18,974 nucleotides of DNA. Source: Salpingoeca rosetta. Its lineage: Eukaryota; Protista; Choanoflagellata. The translations under genes were made by a program, and so were the position numbers. The DNA is taken from assembly GCA_033442325.1 (NCBI GenBank), contig JAWQFM010000007.1:420095-439068 (forward strand), in the 5' to 3' direction. Below, piece after piece: positions 1 to 17,929 of the stretch; the stretch's first letter is position 1; the number at the start of each line of letters is the position of its first letter. Under the pieces are notes generated by a model. It saw only the letters and a list, made by a program, of their open reading frames with translations, made no database searches and was not told where the DNA came from.

Positions 1-12
1 GACGACGACAAC

Positions 13-13
<1 letters not shown>

Positions 14-83
<70 letters not shown>
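14..83. repeat. (CA)n microsatellite directly after the donor of intron 7 of the minus-strand gene; (TG)n on the sense strand
   Basis: Directly visible. Confidence 0.95.
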
Positions 84-85
<2 letters not shown>

Positions 86-277
86 GCCCCTGCTGCTGGT
101 TGCGTGCAGCGGGAGAGAAATCGCGCGAAAAGCCGGCGTGGTCTGCGTCCTGCGACGAACGCTGCTGCTGGTTGGAGGATGCATAGGCATCTGTGTACTG
201 GGATGGGCCTGTGTCATCTCCTCCTGTCACTTCACTGCTGTGCTCACTGCGCGCGAAGAGACGCAAGGGTGCTTGAC

Positions 278-308
<31 letters not shown>

Positions 309-2612
309 TTGGGGGAAAGGTGGCTGATGGCGGTGCTGTTGGTGGGAATGGGGATGAGGGTGGCGTGGAAAGGCGCCCATGTTTGGCAGGAGCGGCAGTG
401 GCGGGAACGGTGCGCCAAGTGGCATGTTGGTGGCCCCGCCAGAGGTTGGGAATGGCGCGTTGTGGCGATGCTGGTTCACATCACCACGTGCACCCCCGCT
501 GATGCTGCCATCAACATCGTCATCACCATCAGCAACTGCATTGGTGGTTGTTGTCGGCGCATATGTGCCACTGCTGGCATCGTCCTGCTGCTGAGTGGCA
601 AAGGGTGTCTCGTTTTGCACAGCAGACGCTTCTTCGCGTGATGAGGAGATTGGCACGTCCTCCACCGCTGTCATGGTGTCAGCAGCACCGCTCTCCTTAA
701 TCGACTGCTCAAAGCCATCATCCACACCATCTTGTTGTTGTTCTTGTTGTTGCTGCTGCTGCTGCTGCTGCTGTTGTTGTTGTTCTTGTTGTTGTTGTTG
801 TTGGTGCTGCTGCTGCTGCTGTTGTTGTTGTTCTTGTTGTTGGTGTTGTTGGTGTTGTTGTTGGTGCTGCTGCTGCTGCTGCTGCTGCTGTGGGTGGCCC
901 CGCTGGTGGTGCGAGTGCATGCGCTGAGCCATGTGCATGTGCATGTGCATGGCGGCTGCTGCTGCCTGGCCATACGGTGCGGGCATTGCGTACGGGTTGC
1001 CCATCATTGCGGGCGGGATTCCAAACATGCCATACTGCTGCTGGGCGAGCGCAAACGCCATCTGCGCAGACGGGTGCATTGCCATCATCTGCTCACTGCC
1101 GAAAAAGGGGACCGGCATTCCGGGCGCCCCGCCGCGCTCATCCATCATTGCAAACGGCTGCTGTTGCTGCTGTTGCTGCTGTTGTTGCTGTTGTTGCTGT
1201 TGTTGCTGTTGCTGTTGCTGTTGCTGGCGGACGCGTGGAGGGGATGTGGTGCTTGCCTCATCCCTGGCCTGCGTTTCCCCAGCACCGTCGTAGTCGCCTG
1301 CAGGCTTGATGTCGCCAGTGGCAGTGGCAGACCGATCCGTGTCGACGAGGTCCGGTTGCTGCTCGCCACTCTCGTCCACAACAGTGCCTGTCGTGGCGGT
1401 TGTGGCTGGCGACTTGACCATCACCACCACTGCACCTTCGTCGTCGTCATCAACGTACGACACAGCGCGTGCAAGCGCTGCCTCGTCCTGCTGCACACCT
1501 GCCTCGCCACCATCGACATTGTTGGTGTCCGTGCTGTCATCGTGCTCGCCCACGCCCATGATGGCTGGATCGTCAAACAGAGACATGTCCACGGCCGTGT
1601 TCTCGTCAACCAGCTCCTCCCCGTCCTCTGCATCTCCCTGTACGGTCTCTTGTTCCTCCTCCGCCTCGACCACCTCTTGATCCCCTTCGCCAACAGCTTC
1701 GCCAAGACCACGCTCGCTGTCTGCCGTCGCATGCACGTCATCCCCATCATCGCCCATCGGCAAATCAGGCTCGTCCACACCGCCAATGACAACATCAAAT
1801 GGCGCAGACACATACGCGGCGCCCGGCAGCGTCACCTAATGGTGGTGGTGGTGTTGATGATGATGATGATGATGACGATGTAGCGGTGAGTGGTGGCTCA
1901 CCGATTCGGCACGCATACATGCGTAGATGCACACGCGTATACACATGCACATTGTTGTGACCTACCGCAGGAGAAGTGATCACGGCAGATGAAACTTTCT
2001 CTTCTTCTTCTTCTTGTTCTTCTTGTTCTTCTTGTTCTTCTTCGTTCTCTTGCTTCTCCTCTTCGGCTGCATCTTCATCGCCGCTGTCCTCTGCATCACT
2101 CAAGGGCGCTGAAGACGAAAGTGACGACGTGCTGAGAGACGTTGCGAGCTGCCCCTGTATGTCGAGTGTGCGAAGCATCTGCTTCACAACACCCGTCAGC
2201 AGGGACGCGTCGTTGTCGCTATCGTTGTCGACAGCACCTACGGCAGCTGTTGCTTTCCCAGCAGCATCGTTGTTGTTGTCGCTTTCGATGTCCTCCTGCG
2301 GCTCGCCTGCTGCTGTTGGTGTCTTCTTCGCTGCAGCGTCCATGCACACGTACGAGCGCAGCGCCTGTCATCACAGCCAATGCAAAACGTGCATGAGCGA
2401 AGCACGAGCCAATAGGAGCAACACACCATGTGCAATGTGTGCGTATGGGTGTGTGAGTGTAAGTGTGTGTGCGTGTGCGTGTGCGTGTGCGTGAGTGTGT
2501 GTGAGTGTGTGCGTGTGCGTGTGCGTGTGCGTGTGCGTGTGCGTGTGCGTGTGCGTCAGTGTGTGTGTGCGTGAGTGTGTGTGTGCGTGAGTGTGTGTGC
2601 GTGTGTGTGTAA

Positions 2613-2656
<44 letters not shown>

Positions 2657-2917
2657 AAGCGAGTGCACACGAAGCGGTGCATGTTCAATGGCGCTCACCT
2701 CCGCAGCGGCGGCGCGAGTCGTGCAACGATCGAGAAAGGAGCGCATGGGCTGATGGTGGTCGTATGGATGACGGTAATCGCAGTCGTGATGGCGATTGTA
2801 GTGGTCATGGTGAGCAGAGATGGTACCAAAACAAACGCAACACGGTAATGTAATAAAACTGCTAGAGGATAGCGTGTGTGTGTGGGGGGGGGTGCGTGTG
2901 TGTGTGTGTGTGTGTGC

Positions 2918-2951
<34 letters not shown>

Positions 2952-5493
2952 CTCTGTGTGTGTGTGTGTGTGCCTATGCGTGCGTGCGTGCAATCATGTC
3001 ACCTCGTGGCAGATTGCGGGCAGGCGGTCGTTGTTCAAAGCCGTCGCCCCTAGGAGCACAAGTGCAAACTGATGAAGAGATCCAAGCAACAAATGCACAG
3101 ACACACAGAACAGGAGACGTGCGTGGGATGTGATGTGATGTGACGTGAGAAGTGACGGGGAGTACGGACATGACAAGCTGGTGATTCACACCACAAATCG
3201 ACTCATTCGTCGCTGTGCGGCTGCGTCTGTGTTTGTGTGTCTATGTCTGCGCGGCTGTGTGTTCATGTGGATGTGTGCATTCCGAGTGTAGTGGGGCGGG
3301 GGCGGTTCATGCGTACATCATCGCAGCATTTCGTGATGGCGCTGGAGACCAGCTTCTCCACGTGCGACTGGAGCTCTTGCTCAAAGGCCTTTGTCTGTCG
3401 TCAGTGCACCAAATAACACATCGCATGCACGCACATGTGCGCACGCACGTGAGCAAGCGCCGATCACCAACACACGCGCCACACACGCGCACAACACAAA
3501 CAGACAAGCCACATCAAGCACGTAACACAAACACACACGCGCGCCACAGCAAGCACACGACGCAACAAGCATCCCCTCCCCCCGCCCCCAACCCCCGCTG
3601 GGCCGCGAACCTGGGCGATGTGCGCGTCGACGTTGTCTGAGATCTCTTCGAGCAGCGTGATGCGTGCATCCACCTCCCGCTTGCGGGCAATGGCGACCTT
3701 TTCCTCCCGGCTCAACTTCATGTCCGGCCGAGTGCGGCACGCCTCCTCAAGCCGCGTGATGCGCGCCTGGTGGGGAGGGGCGACGTGGTGGTGGTGGTCG
3801 TGAAGCGGTGGTGGATGGTGAAGGAACTGAGACACAAATCGCACACAAACATACAAACACACACACACACGTACACACAAATACAATCACGCTCGTACAC
3901 ACAAACACGCATACACACGAACACACGTACACACAAATGCGCACAATCACACGAACACACGTACACGTACACACGTACACACGCACACGCATTCGCATAG
4001 ACATCACTGGTGCCTACACACACCTTGCGCTTGTTGACGGTGCGCATGCGCTTGAACAGCACCGGTGGGAGCGGGTTTTCTGGCGGCGATGGAAGCGTGG
4101 TGGCTGCTGCTGCTGCGTCGCACGCATCGACAGGCACGGCACGACGTGAAGTGACGGCGACTCCGTCTGCCTGCTGGCGCTCCAGTTCCGCTTGCTTGTC
4201 GTCCTGCTCACCTGCTTCCTCGGGCACGGCAGCCGTCAGTGCCTCTTCATTCCCCTCATCCCCATCGGCATCACCATCGCCGGCTTCAGTGAGAGGTGCA
4301 GAAGCTGCCTCCGCCACAACTTCATCGTCATCGTCCTCCGCCATCTCAACTTCGTGTTGCTCTTGCTCTTCCCCTTGCTCTGCCTCCGCTGCCCGCTCCA
4401 CCTGGGCAGTGAAGTACGTGTACAGCGCGCGGAGCGAGATGGGCGGCACAAGGTCGTGCACGGATGCATCCAGAATGCTGCTGCTGGCATCCTCCGTGAC
4501 TGCAGGCGTCTCCTCGCCAGCAACACCGTCGTCGTCTCTCTGTTCCCTGAGTGCGGCAGCTTCCGTTTCCGTTTGGAACTGCTGATCTTCTTGTTCTTCC
4601 TCTTGTTCTTGTCCTTGTTCTTCAGCTTGCTCATTCTCTCCCTTGAGTTCAGGTGGAGCCACTGCAGTCTGCACATCTGCGGTGCCGGTGCCTTTGCTGT
4701 CAGCACTCTCGTCAGCAGTGACTTGATGGTGCTCAGCGGCAACCTCCCCCTCTTGCTGGTCAGCTTCACCTTTTTGGTTCTTGCGCTGGCGATGGGCACC
4801 ACCGCGACGGCGCGCACGGCGCTCACGCGGCTGCTGCTGCTGCTGCTGTTGCTGCTGCTGTTGCTTGACGATGTCAGAGGCACTGCTGCCGACTTCAAGC
4901 GAGCCCGATTCGTGGGGAGTGACCACGGGAGGTGCCTTGCCGCTGGTGCCGTTCTCTGGTTGCCGGTTGTCGCGCTTGGATTGCTGCGCTTGATTCTTGC
5001 CGCGGCTGCCGCGTTGGCGCTGGCGGCGGCGAGAGGACCCACGCTGCTCGATGGAGGGATCATCGGCCTTGGCCACTTGATCCCCATTGGCATGGTTTGC
5101 CTTGGACGCAGCACCACCATCAACTGCAGCGGCAGGTGGCTCGGTTGACAATGCCGAAGCAGGCTTGGAACCGCGACCACCACGACGACCTCGACCACGC
5201 GGCTTCTTGCGGTCGTCAGATGGCTGCTCGGGCTTTTGCTGTTGCTGTTGCTGCTGTTGCTGCTGTTGTTGCTGCTGTTGCTTGCCTTGGTTGCGCGCAT
5301 GCTGCTGCGGCTTGTCTTGCCTGGCTGGCGCTTCATCCGCTTGCTGCTGTTGCTGGTGCTGCTGCGGCTTTTTCTTCTTCTGTCCACCACGACGCGAACG
5401 TCTTCGCCCGCCTTCGCTGCTGCCATTGGGCACGGCTGCAGCGGTGGCTGGTTTCGATGGTGCAGCCATGGTGGCTGCGACACGGTCTGCCAT
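84..5493 (-). CDS. Multi-exon, 3'-partial gene encoding a large low-complexity (Q-, E/D-, R/G-rich) protein with a Caprin-1 HR1-like helical domain. Exons: 5493-4024, 3766-3611, 3394-3317, 3068-3003, 2749-2699, 2364-1966, 1835-84; continues off the left edge.
   Basis: ATG at 5493 ([15 protein letters not shown]). Every exon has GT/AG borders and joins in phase 0 to give a stop-free 1324-aa frame. The spliced core [54 protein letters not shown] resembles the Caprin-1 N-terminal HR1 pattern (KKLRNLEKKKGKL...LNQDQLDAVSKYQEV...LEFAKEL, recalled). An [10 protein letters not shown] segment and polyQ tracts are present. The gene model is better supported than the family call. Confidence 0.75.
733..890 (-). 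repeat. Coding CAG/CAA trinucleotide repeat (~52-residue polyQ with E/H interruptions)
   Basis: (TTG/CTG)n on the plus strand, within exon 1835-84. Confidence 0.9.
2450..2655. repeat. Intronic compound (GCGTGT)n/(TG)n microsatellite
   Basis: Directly visible. Confidence 0.9.
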
Positions 5494-5670
5494 TGCAGTT
5501 CTTCGCGCTTTGGTGCTGATCGATGAAGCCACAGACGGATGAGGACGTGGTTTGTGTGTACGCGGTGTCAGTGCGATAATGGTGTGGAAGCACAAACAAG
5601 ATGGAAAGTGCGCTGTGCCAGCCGTGGTTGAGGAAAAGTTGGTGAAGTTTTCGGCCAATAATCAGCAGCG
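5494..5670. promoter_or_regulatory. Putative compact bidirectional promoter plus 5'UTRs between divergent genes
   Basis: Only 177 bp separate the minus-strand ATG (5493) from the plus-strand ATG (5671). The region lacks the long microsatellites seen in the introns. Confidence 0.55.
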
Positions 5671-6596
5671 ATGCTGCAAAGCAAGGACAGCAGTGAAGAA
5701 GGAGGGGGAGTGCGCGGTGACTTGCGGTGTGGTGGTGATGCAGCCAGCAATGGTGATGACGAGAGTGAGGATGTGGTCACGCGGCTCTTGCAACAGGTGA
5801 CCTCGCAGCTGTCCTATGAGCAGAGGCTTGCTTTCCTCAAACGCCTTCCAGTCATGTGCAAATCAGATGGTACGTAGGTGTGTGTGTGTGTGTGTGTGTG
5901 TGAGTTTACGATTCATTATCCTAGGCGCTGGGTAAGGGTCGTCTGGATATAATTGTTTAGAGTAAGGGTTTAGCGTGATTGATCGGGGTTGACTTTAACG
6001 CCGTCTGCTACCTGCAAGATTTCTAACAGCGTATAGACCAGTTGGGCCTTGACAAATCGGAAACGTCGGTGTCAGGGCAGCGGGGAAAACAACAATAGAC
6101 CAAATGACCACCGATACAATACAATCTGCCGAAAAGGTAATCTATCATTCAACGCCATCGGGTAAAGCGATGATCGGACGCTAGACGCTCAGACTACTAG
6201 ACTAAATCATGGCACGGGCGGCAATGAGAGTGAGCGTGAAATGGACACTCGTAACAACTGAATAAAGACAGAGCTATATCTCAAAGCGACGCAACATCGC
6301 ATGCAGGATAAGACGAGACCGGACGGCGGTAGAGAGAGCAGTATATCATCCGCTGCAGGAGANNNNNNNNNNNNNNNNNNNNNNNNNNNNNNNNNNNNNN
6401 NNNNNNNNNNNNNNNNNNNNNNNNNNNNNNNNNNNNNNNNNNNNNNNNNNNNNNNNNNNNNNTGTGTGTGTGTCGTGTGTCGTGTGTGTGTGTGTGTCTG
6501 TCTGTGTCTGTCTGTGTCTGTCTGTGTCTGTCTGTGTCTGTCTGTGTCTGTCTGTGTCTGTCTGTCTGTGTCTGTCTGTCTGTGTCTGTCTGTCTG

Positions 6597-6627
<31 letters not shown>

Positions 6628-7810
6628 GTGCATGTGTGTCTGCGCACACGGATGCAAGTGGTGTTGTTGTGCGGCAACCTACCTGCTTATCAAACTGCTG
6701 CTCTGGCCCCTTGCCAATCTACACGATTCTCGCAGTTGAGAGGGCCGCGCTTGAGGAAGCGCTTGACGCGTGCAAGACGAGCGCAGAAACATGGATGGCG
6801 ATGCCCGAGGAGCTCCTCTTCCAAGTGAGTGCGTAGCTCATTGGGCAAGTATTCGAAGCAGGCTTCTGAGGAGAAGCGATGTGGTGGTGTGCACGGATTT
6901 GTTGTGGGAATGTACCCTTGGGCTGTCTTCTTGCAAGGTCGCTGATGGTGTGCGTGCGTGTGTTTGTTTTGTGTTTGTATTGGCGTCAACAGATATTCGA
7001 GCATCTCGACGTGGTCAGTGCCGTGTCTGCCTCTTTAGTGTGCCGGCACTGGCGACAAACATTCCACGGTATGTGTGCGTGTGTGCGTGCGTGCGTGCAT
7101 GTGTGTGTGTGTGCGTATGTGTGTGTGTGCGTGTAAGTGTGTGTGTGTGTGTGTTTTCACACCTGTACGGCAGCGCTGATGTGCGAGCAGGGGCACCTGA
7201 AGACCGCAACGTTCTAATTGTGTCCCGATGGCCACACCTTCAAGGGCGCACGTGCTGTCATATATGTGCTACCTGCCCATTCTCACCCAGCTCACAACAC
7301 ACAACATTCAACACACCACAACACACCACTCAACCACGCCCTGCGACAGAATCGCTGTGGCGGAGCGTTTACATCAACGATGTGCTGCTGGGCCAGCGCG
7401 GTATTGGGCTGGACAGGCGACACTTTGCATCATGGAGAGAAGCGTGTCATATCACTGCCACCGCCCACCACCACGCACAGCCCGCCGTCACCGTCCAATT
7501 ACGGCAGACGTGCCGCGTCAAGCACGTTGACATTGCAGCCACCAGGGCCGATGACGACACGACGGCTGTCGTCTCCGTTGAAGACTCGCGACGCCACAGC
7601 GAGCTGGCAAAGGACTTCCTTCCACCAGCACACCCGCAACCAGCACGTGAGGCGTCTGTGTTTGTGATTGTTTGTGTGTTTGTGTGTTTGTGCGTGTGTG
7701 TAGATTGTGTGCGCGTGTGTGTATATTGTGTGTGCGTGTGTGTAGATTGTGTGTGCGTATGTGTATATTGTGTGTGCGTGTGTGTATATGTGTATGCATG
7801 TGTCCGTCCA

Positions 7811-7855
<45 letters not shown>

Positions 7856-9156
7856 GTGCATCTGTAAGTACAAGCACCAGGACTCACCCTCACTGCTCTT
7901 CTCCTCCGCTCAAAGCACACCTTCCCCTCTCACCCCGTCCCAACATACATGTGTTTACGCGTGTGCAGCGTCGACGGGTCTGCGTTCGCTGATGAGCAGC
8001 ATCCCTGCCCGCTGCGTTCTTCCTCGGCGCGCCGCCTCCATATCCGCACTCACCGCCGGCTTTGTCCTCACAGGTGTTGGTGATGATGTTGGCTTTCTTG
8101 CATGCGTGTATGTGTGTCTGTGTCTGTGTCTGTCTGCCTGTCTGTCTGTCTGCCTGTCTGTGTCTGCCTGTCTGTGTCTGTGTCTGTGTCTGTCTGTCTG
8201 GTCTTTTTCTGTGCGACCACCTCTTAACGTTTTGTTGCTCATGCTGCACGTGCCCGCGTATCAGGCGGATATGATGGACGATTGTTGGTGCTTGACTCTG
8301 ATCTCCACTTCATATCCGAGCACCAGGTATGTGTGTGTGTGTGTGTTGCGTGATGTGTGTGTGTGTGCGTGTGTTGTGCAATCCATGTACCCAGACACCA
8401 CCATCGTGCCCACGCACCGATACAACACGTGTGATTTCGCAGATGTACGTGTATTTGATTCCCTCTGTGTGTTTGTGCAACTTGCGTTTTTTGATTGTGT
8501 GTGTGTGTGCGTGTGCAGGTGTGCCACTCTCGTCTGCTTCGATTGGTTGAGCTGACGAACACACGCACGCCAGAAGGTGAAGTTGATGTTTGCACCGCGG
8601 GACCGCGCACACTCAGAGGCATGTGTGCTTACACCCAAACGTGCACGCCCTCCCTTACCCCCGGCATCACTCACTGATTCACTGACTCACTGACTCACTG
8701 ACTCAAACACACACATACACATACACACACGCACACACAAAGGGTTGCTGTATGTTGCTGTTGCCGCAGTGACACCGCCGTCCACCATCGTGATTCGTCT
8801 GACCTTCAGAGATGATGGACACAAACGTGGGGCCGGTGACCATCATGATGACGACGCTGACCGAGTTGTGGCAGCGGGTGAAGGCAGTGGGAATGGTGGC
8901 TTGTCCGTCGCTGTGGAAGTGATTGGCGACGCAGATACGGGCGCGTTTGAATCTGTCAATGATGCCGCTGTGCTCAGATGTGGCGGTGGTCGTCGTCGTG
9001 CTAGTTGTGATCGAAGTGGTGTTGGGCTGGCAGTGGAGGCGCTGTTTGTGATGTCGGCGACGGTGGCCGTGACGGCGCCGCTGTTCCCGCGAGCACACGC
9101 GCATGAGGCGTGGGCCAGCCTACAGCACCTTCACCAGCCACTACCACCACCACAGC

Positions 9157-9215
<59 letters not shown>

Positions 9216-9642
9216 AGGCCGTTGGCTGCACCGCTGCGTTTTCGTGTCAACGATACCGACCTCCGCTTTGATGAACTCTTCTGTGACCACCACGTGCGTT
9301 TATCGACACGTGTGTGGGTGTGCGTGTGCGTGTCGTACTCGTCGACACGACTTGCGGAGGATCGTGTTGTTGTCCTTCCTGTCTCCCATCGCGCACGATT
9401 GCACGCTGCGCGTGGTTAACTTCTCGCTTCCGTGCTTGTATGCATGCAATGACACTGCTTGTATTTTTCAGACGAAATGCTTTGTTGTGCTTGATGCTGT
9501 GGCCAATGCCATTATTTGGCACCGCCTTCGCGACCACACGCCAATATTCACCCTCCCTTATCGCTGGAACGTGCGTGAAAGCCCTTTCTTGCTTTATGCG
9601 CAGGCATTATATGAATGTGTGTGTGTTTGTGTTTGTGCGCGC

Positions 9643-9680
<38 letters not shown>

Positions 9681-10364
9681 GCGTGCGCCTCGCTTTGCCA
9701 CTGCACCCATGCTGGTTGTTGTCTTCGCTCGTTTGCATTCACAGTGATGTGACTGTTGTTTGTTCTCATGCGTCCAAGCGACGGATTCACCTCACTCCAC
9801 CTCATGTTCGCCACCAAACACTACGACCCCGCTGGTCTGCTGTGTGTGCTTGTTCCCCCACGGGCAGCCGTACCCACTGTATGCGGCGGCGCTGTGCACG
9901 GGTCTCGTTCTAGGATACCACGATCGCATCGTCCACATCGACCGTCGCACGGGCAAGCCCCTCCAGCACCCACAGGTGGGTGTGGGCGGGGGTGGAGTTG
10001 TGGGGGTGTGGGGGTGGGTAGGTGTCAGTGTTGTGTGTAAATGTATGTGTGGGTGGGTGGGCATGTTTGTCTCTCTATCCATCTGTCTACCTGTCTGTCT
10101 ATCTGTCTGTCTGTCTATCTGTCTTGTCTGCCTGCCTGTCTCTCTTGCCTGTCTCTCTTGCGTGACCGCTCCTGTGTCTGGTTTCATCTGCGCCATTCCT
10201 CACGTGCGCTGCGATTGCATGTGTGTGTGTGTGTGCGCGTGGGTTGTACACAGCTCCCTTTCTCTCGCGTTTCGAATCTGCGCGCGCTCTCGCCCCGTTG
10301 TCTCTTCGTGCAGCTGCAGGAAGGCCCGCCCCATCCCGAGCACAAGCTGTTCTGGGTGGTGTAG
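5671..10364 (+). CDS. F-box protein with a degenerate WD40/beta-propeller-like C-terminus (FBXW-like SCF substrate receptor), ~564 aa. Exons: 5671-5869, 6736-6824, 6993-7068, 7350-7646, 7969-8073, 8265-8326, 8519-8576, 8743-9293, 9472-9570, 9868-9975, 10314-10364. The 3' end is uncertain and may extend across the gap to ~11003-11066.
   Basis: Phase-consistent GT-AG splicing rebuilds a clear F-box: [11 protein letters not shown]|[26 protein letters not shown]|SLWR. A helical segment ([21 protein letters not shown]) precedes it, like the D-domain of FBXW proteins. A WD-like repeat FVLTG|[10 protein letters not shown] spans an exon junction. Later exons are beta-strand-like and include a CAA-encoded polyQ insert. 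Confidence 0.8.
5903..6362. mobile_element. Possible transposable-element fragment (LTR-like or non-autonomous) inside F-box intron 1, truncated by an assembly gap
   Basis: Abrupt switch from a (TG)n tract to ~460 bp of lower-GC, TA-dinucleotide-rich, microsatellite-free sequence containing AATAAA (~6261). It ends at a 100-N gap, after which microsatellites resume. No terminal repeats or target-site duplication can be seen. Confidence 0.35.
6363..6462. other. Assembly gap (100 N)
   Basis: Run of N. Confidence 0.99.
6463..6630. repeat. Intronic compound (TG)n/(TCTGTCTGTG)n/(TCTG)n repeat
   Basis: Directly visible. Confidence 0.9.
9154..9215 (+). repeat. Coding (CAA)n polyQ in F-box gene exon 8
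   Basis: Near-pure CAA run, in frame. Confidence 0.9.
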
Positions 10365-10475
10365 TGTAGTGCTGCGGGAACGGCTGCTGAGACAGCCAAT
10401 GGAACACCGACACAAGTGAAAGCAAGGGCCAAGAATCAGCACACACAGGCACGCACACACACACACACACACCAG

Positions 10476-10570
<95 letters not shown>

Positions 10571-10716
10571 NNNNNNNNNNNNNNNNNNNNNNNNNNNNNN
10601 NNNNNNNNNNNNNNNNNNNNNNNNNNNNNNNNNNNNNNNNNNNNNNNNNNNNNNNNNNNNNNNNNNNNNNNNNNNNNNNNNNNNNNNNNNNNNNNNNNNN
10701 NNNNNNNNNNNNNNNN
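10571..10716. other. Assembly gap (146 N) between (CA)n and (CCAA)n tracts
   Basis: Run of N flanked by simple repeats. Confidence 0.99.
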
Positions 10717-10979
10717 CCAACCAACCAACCAACCAACCAACCAACCAACCAACCAACCAACCAACCAACCAACCAACCAACCAACCAACCAACCAACCAA
10801 CCAACCAACCAACCAACCAACCAACCAACCAACCAACCAACCAACCAACCAACCAACCAACCAACCAACCAACCAACCAACCAACCAACCAACCAACCAA
10901 CCAACCAACCAACCAACCAACCAACCAACCAACCAACCAACCAACCAACCAACCAACCAACCAACCAACCAACCAACCA
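10717..10979. repeat. Pure (CCAA)n tetranucleotide microsatellite, ~65 units
   Basis: Directly visible; source of the spurious NQPT/LVGW ORFs. Confidence 0.97.
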
Positions 10980-11149
10980 CCCACCCACGGATTGCACCAC
11001 AGCAAGCGGTTGCTCGACACACACACAAGGGCAAGTGTGCGTGTATTCGACTCCTTTGATGCGTGAGGGCTTGTTGTCAAACAACGCCTACAGTAACAGC
11101 TGTGTCTTGCTCACTTTGCTTGCCGTGGCGATAACGCGCTGCGTGAGCG

Positions 11150-17332
<6,183 letters not shown>

Positions 17333-17838
17333 GACTGTGTGTGTGTGTGTGTGTGTTCGTGTGTTTACGTGTGTTTGTGTTTGCGTGTGTTTGTGTCATT
17401 GTGTGTCATTGTGTTTGTGTGTGTCTGTGTTCTTGTGTGTCAGTCAGTCTGTCTGTCTATGCGTCGTGGTGTCTGTGTGTCTGCTGTTTTGCAGCTTTTT
17501 TTTTTCCTTGATGTGAATGAACACTGGATGCTCCCGCCATAAACACTATCACCCGCGTCGTGTAGTGTCAGTGTGATGGGAGGGCATGTTGTGCTTTGCA
17601 GAAGCAGAGAAATGTTGTTGGTGGGAGTGAATTCATGTCACAACATACCAAAAAGGCAACATAAAAAAATGTTTCATTGCAGAATAAAGGGAGCGCCAGT
17701 GTGAAGATTGCACGTTGTGCTGACGCAGGGCTGCAGCGTAGTGGCATTGGTGAGGGATAAGGAGGAAGCCTTGAAGAACTCTTGTTGCTCTGCTAGTCTG
17801 CTGTGTTGGACAATGACATGTTCCGGACGTCAAGAGAG

Positions 17839-17847
17839 AAAAAAAAA
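17839..17847 (-). terminator. Pol III oligo-T terminator of tRNA copy 1
   Basis: A9 on the plus strand (T9 on the minus strand), ~10 nt 3' of the tRNA. Confidence 0.8.
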
Positions 17848-17857
17848 CACTTCGCAG

Positions 17858-17929
17858 TAGCGATTGGCGGTTTCGATCCGCCGACCTTGGGATTATGAGA
17901 CCCACGCTCTTCCGCTGAGCTAAATCGCT
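17858..17929 (-). tRNA. tRNA-Met (CAT), initiator-type, copy 1
   Basis: 72 nt: AGCGATT TA GCTC AGCGGAA GAGC G TGGGT CTCATAA TCCCA AGGTC GGCGG ATCGAAA CCGCC AATCGCT A. Folds into a cloverleaf with A1:U72, an A54/A60 T-loop and a short D-loop. Confidence 0.95.

Noticed and set aside
732-1883. 383-aa poly-Leu ORF on the plus strand that looks like a membrane protein (likewise 138-641 and 4192-5148)
   Set aside because: Antisense shadow of CAG/CAA polyQ exons of the minus-strand gene.
5494-5658. N-terminal extension MAENFTNF... of ORF 3718-5658
   Set aside because: Starts at a non-ATG codon; the first ATG is at 5493. The ORF's C-terminus also runs into intronic repeats after the donor at 4023.
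5930-5975. TAAGGG/GGTTTAG telomere-like words
   Set aside because: Isolated, non-tandem occurrences.
10717-10979. Possible telomeric repeat or CRISPR-like array
   Set aside because: A 4-nt unit with no spacers, internal position, and not TTAGGG-like.
10099-11084. LVGW/NQPT repeat proteins
   Set aside because: Translations of the (CCAA)n microsatellite across an N gap.
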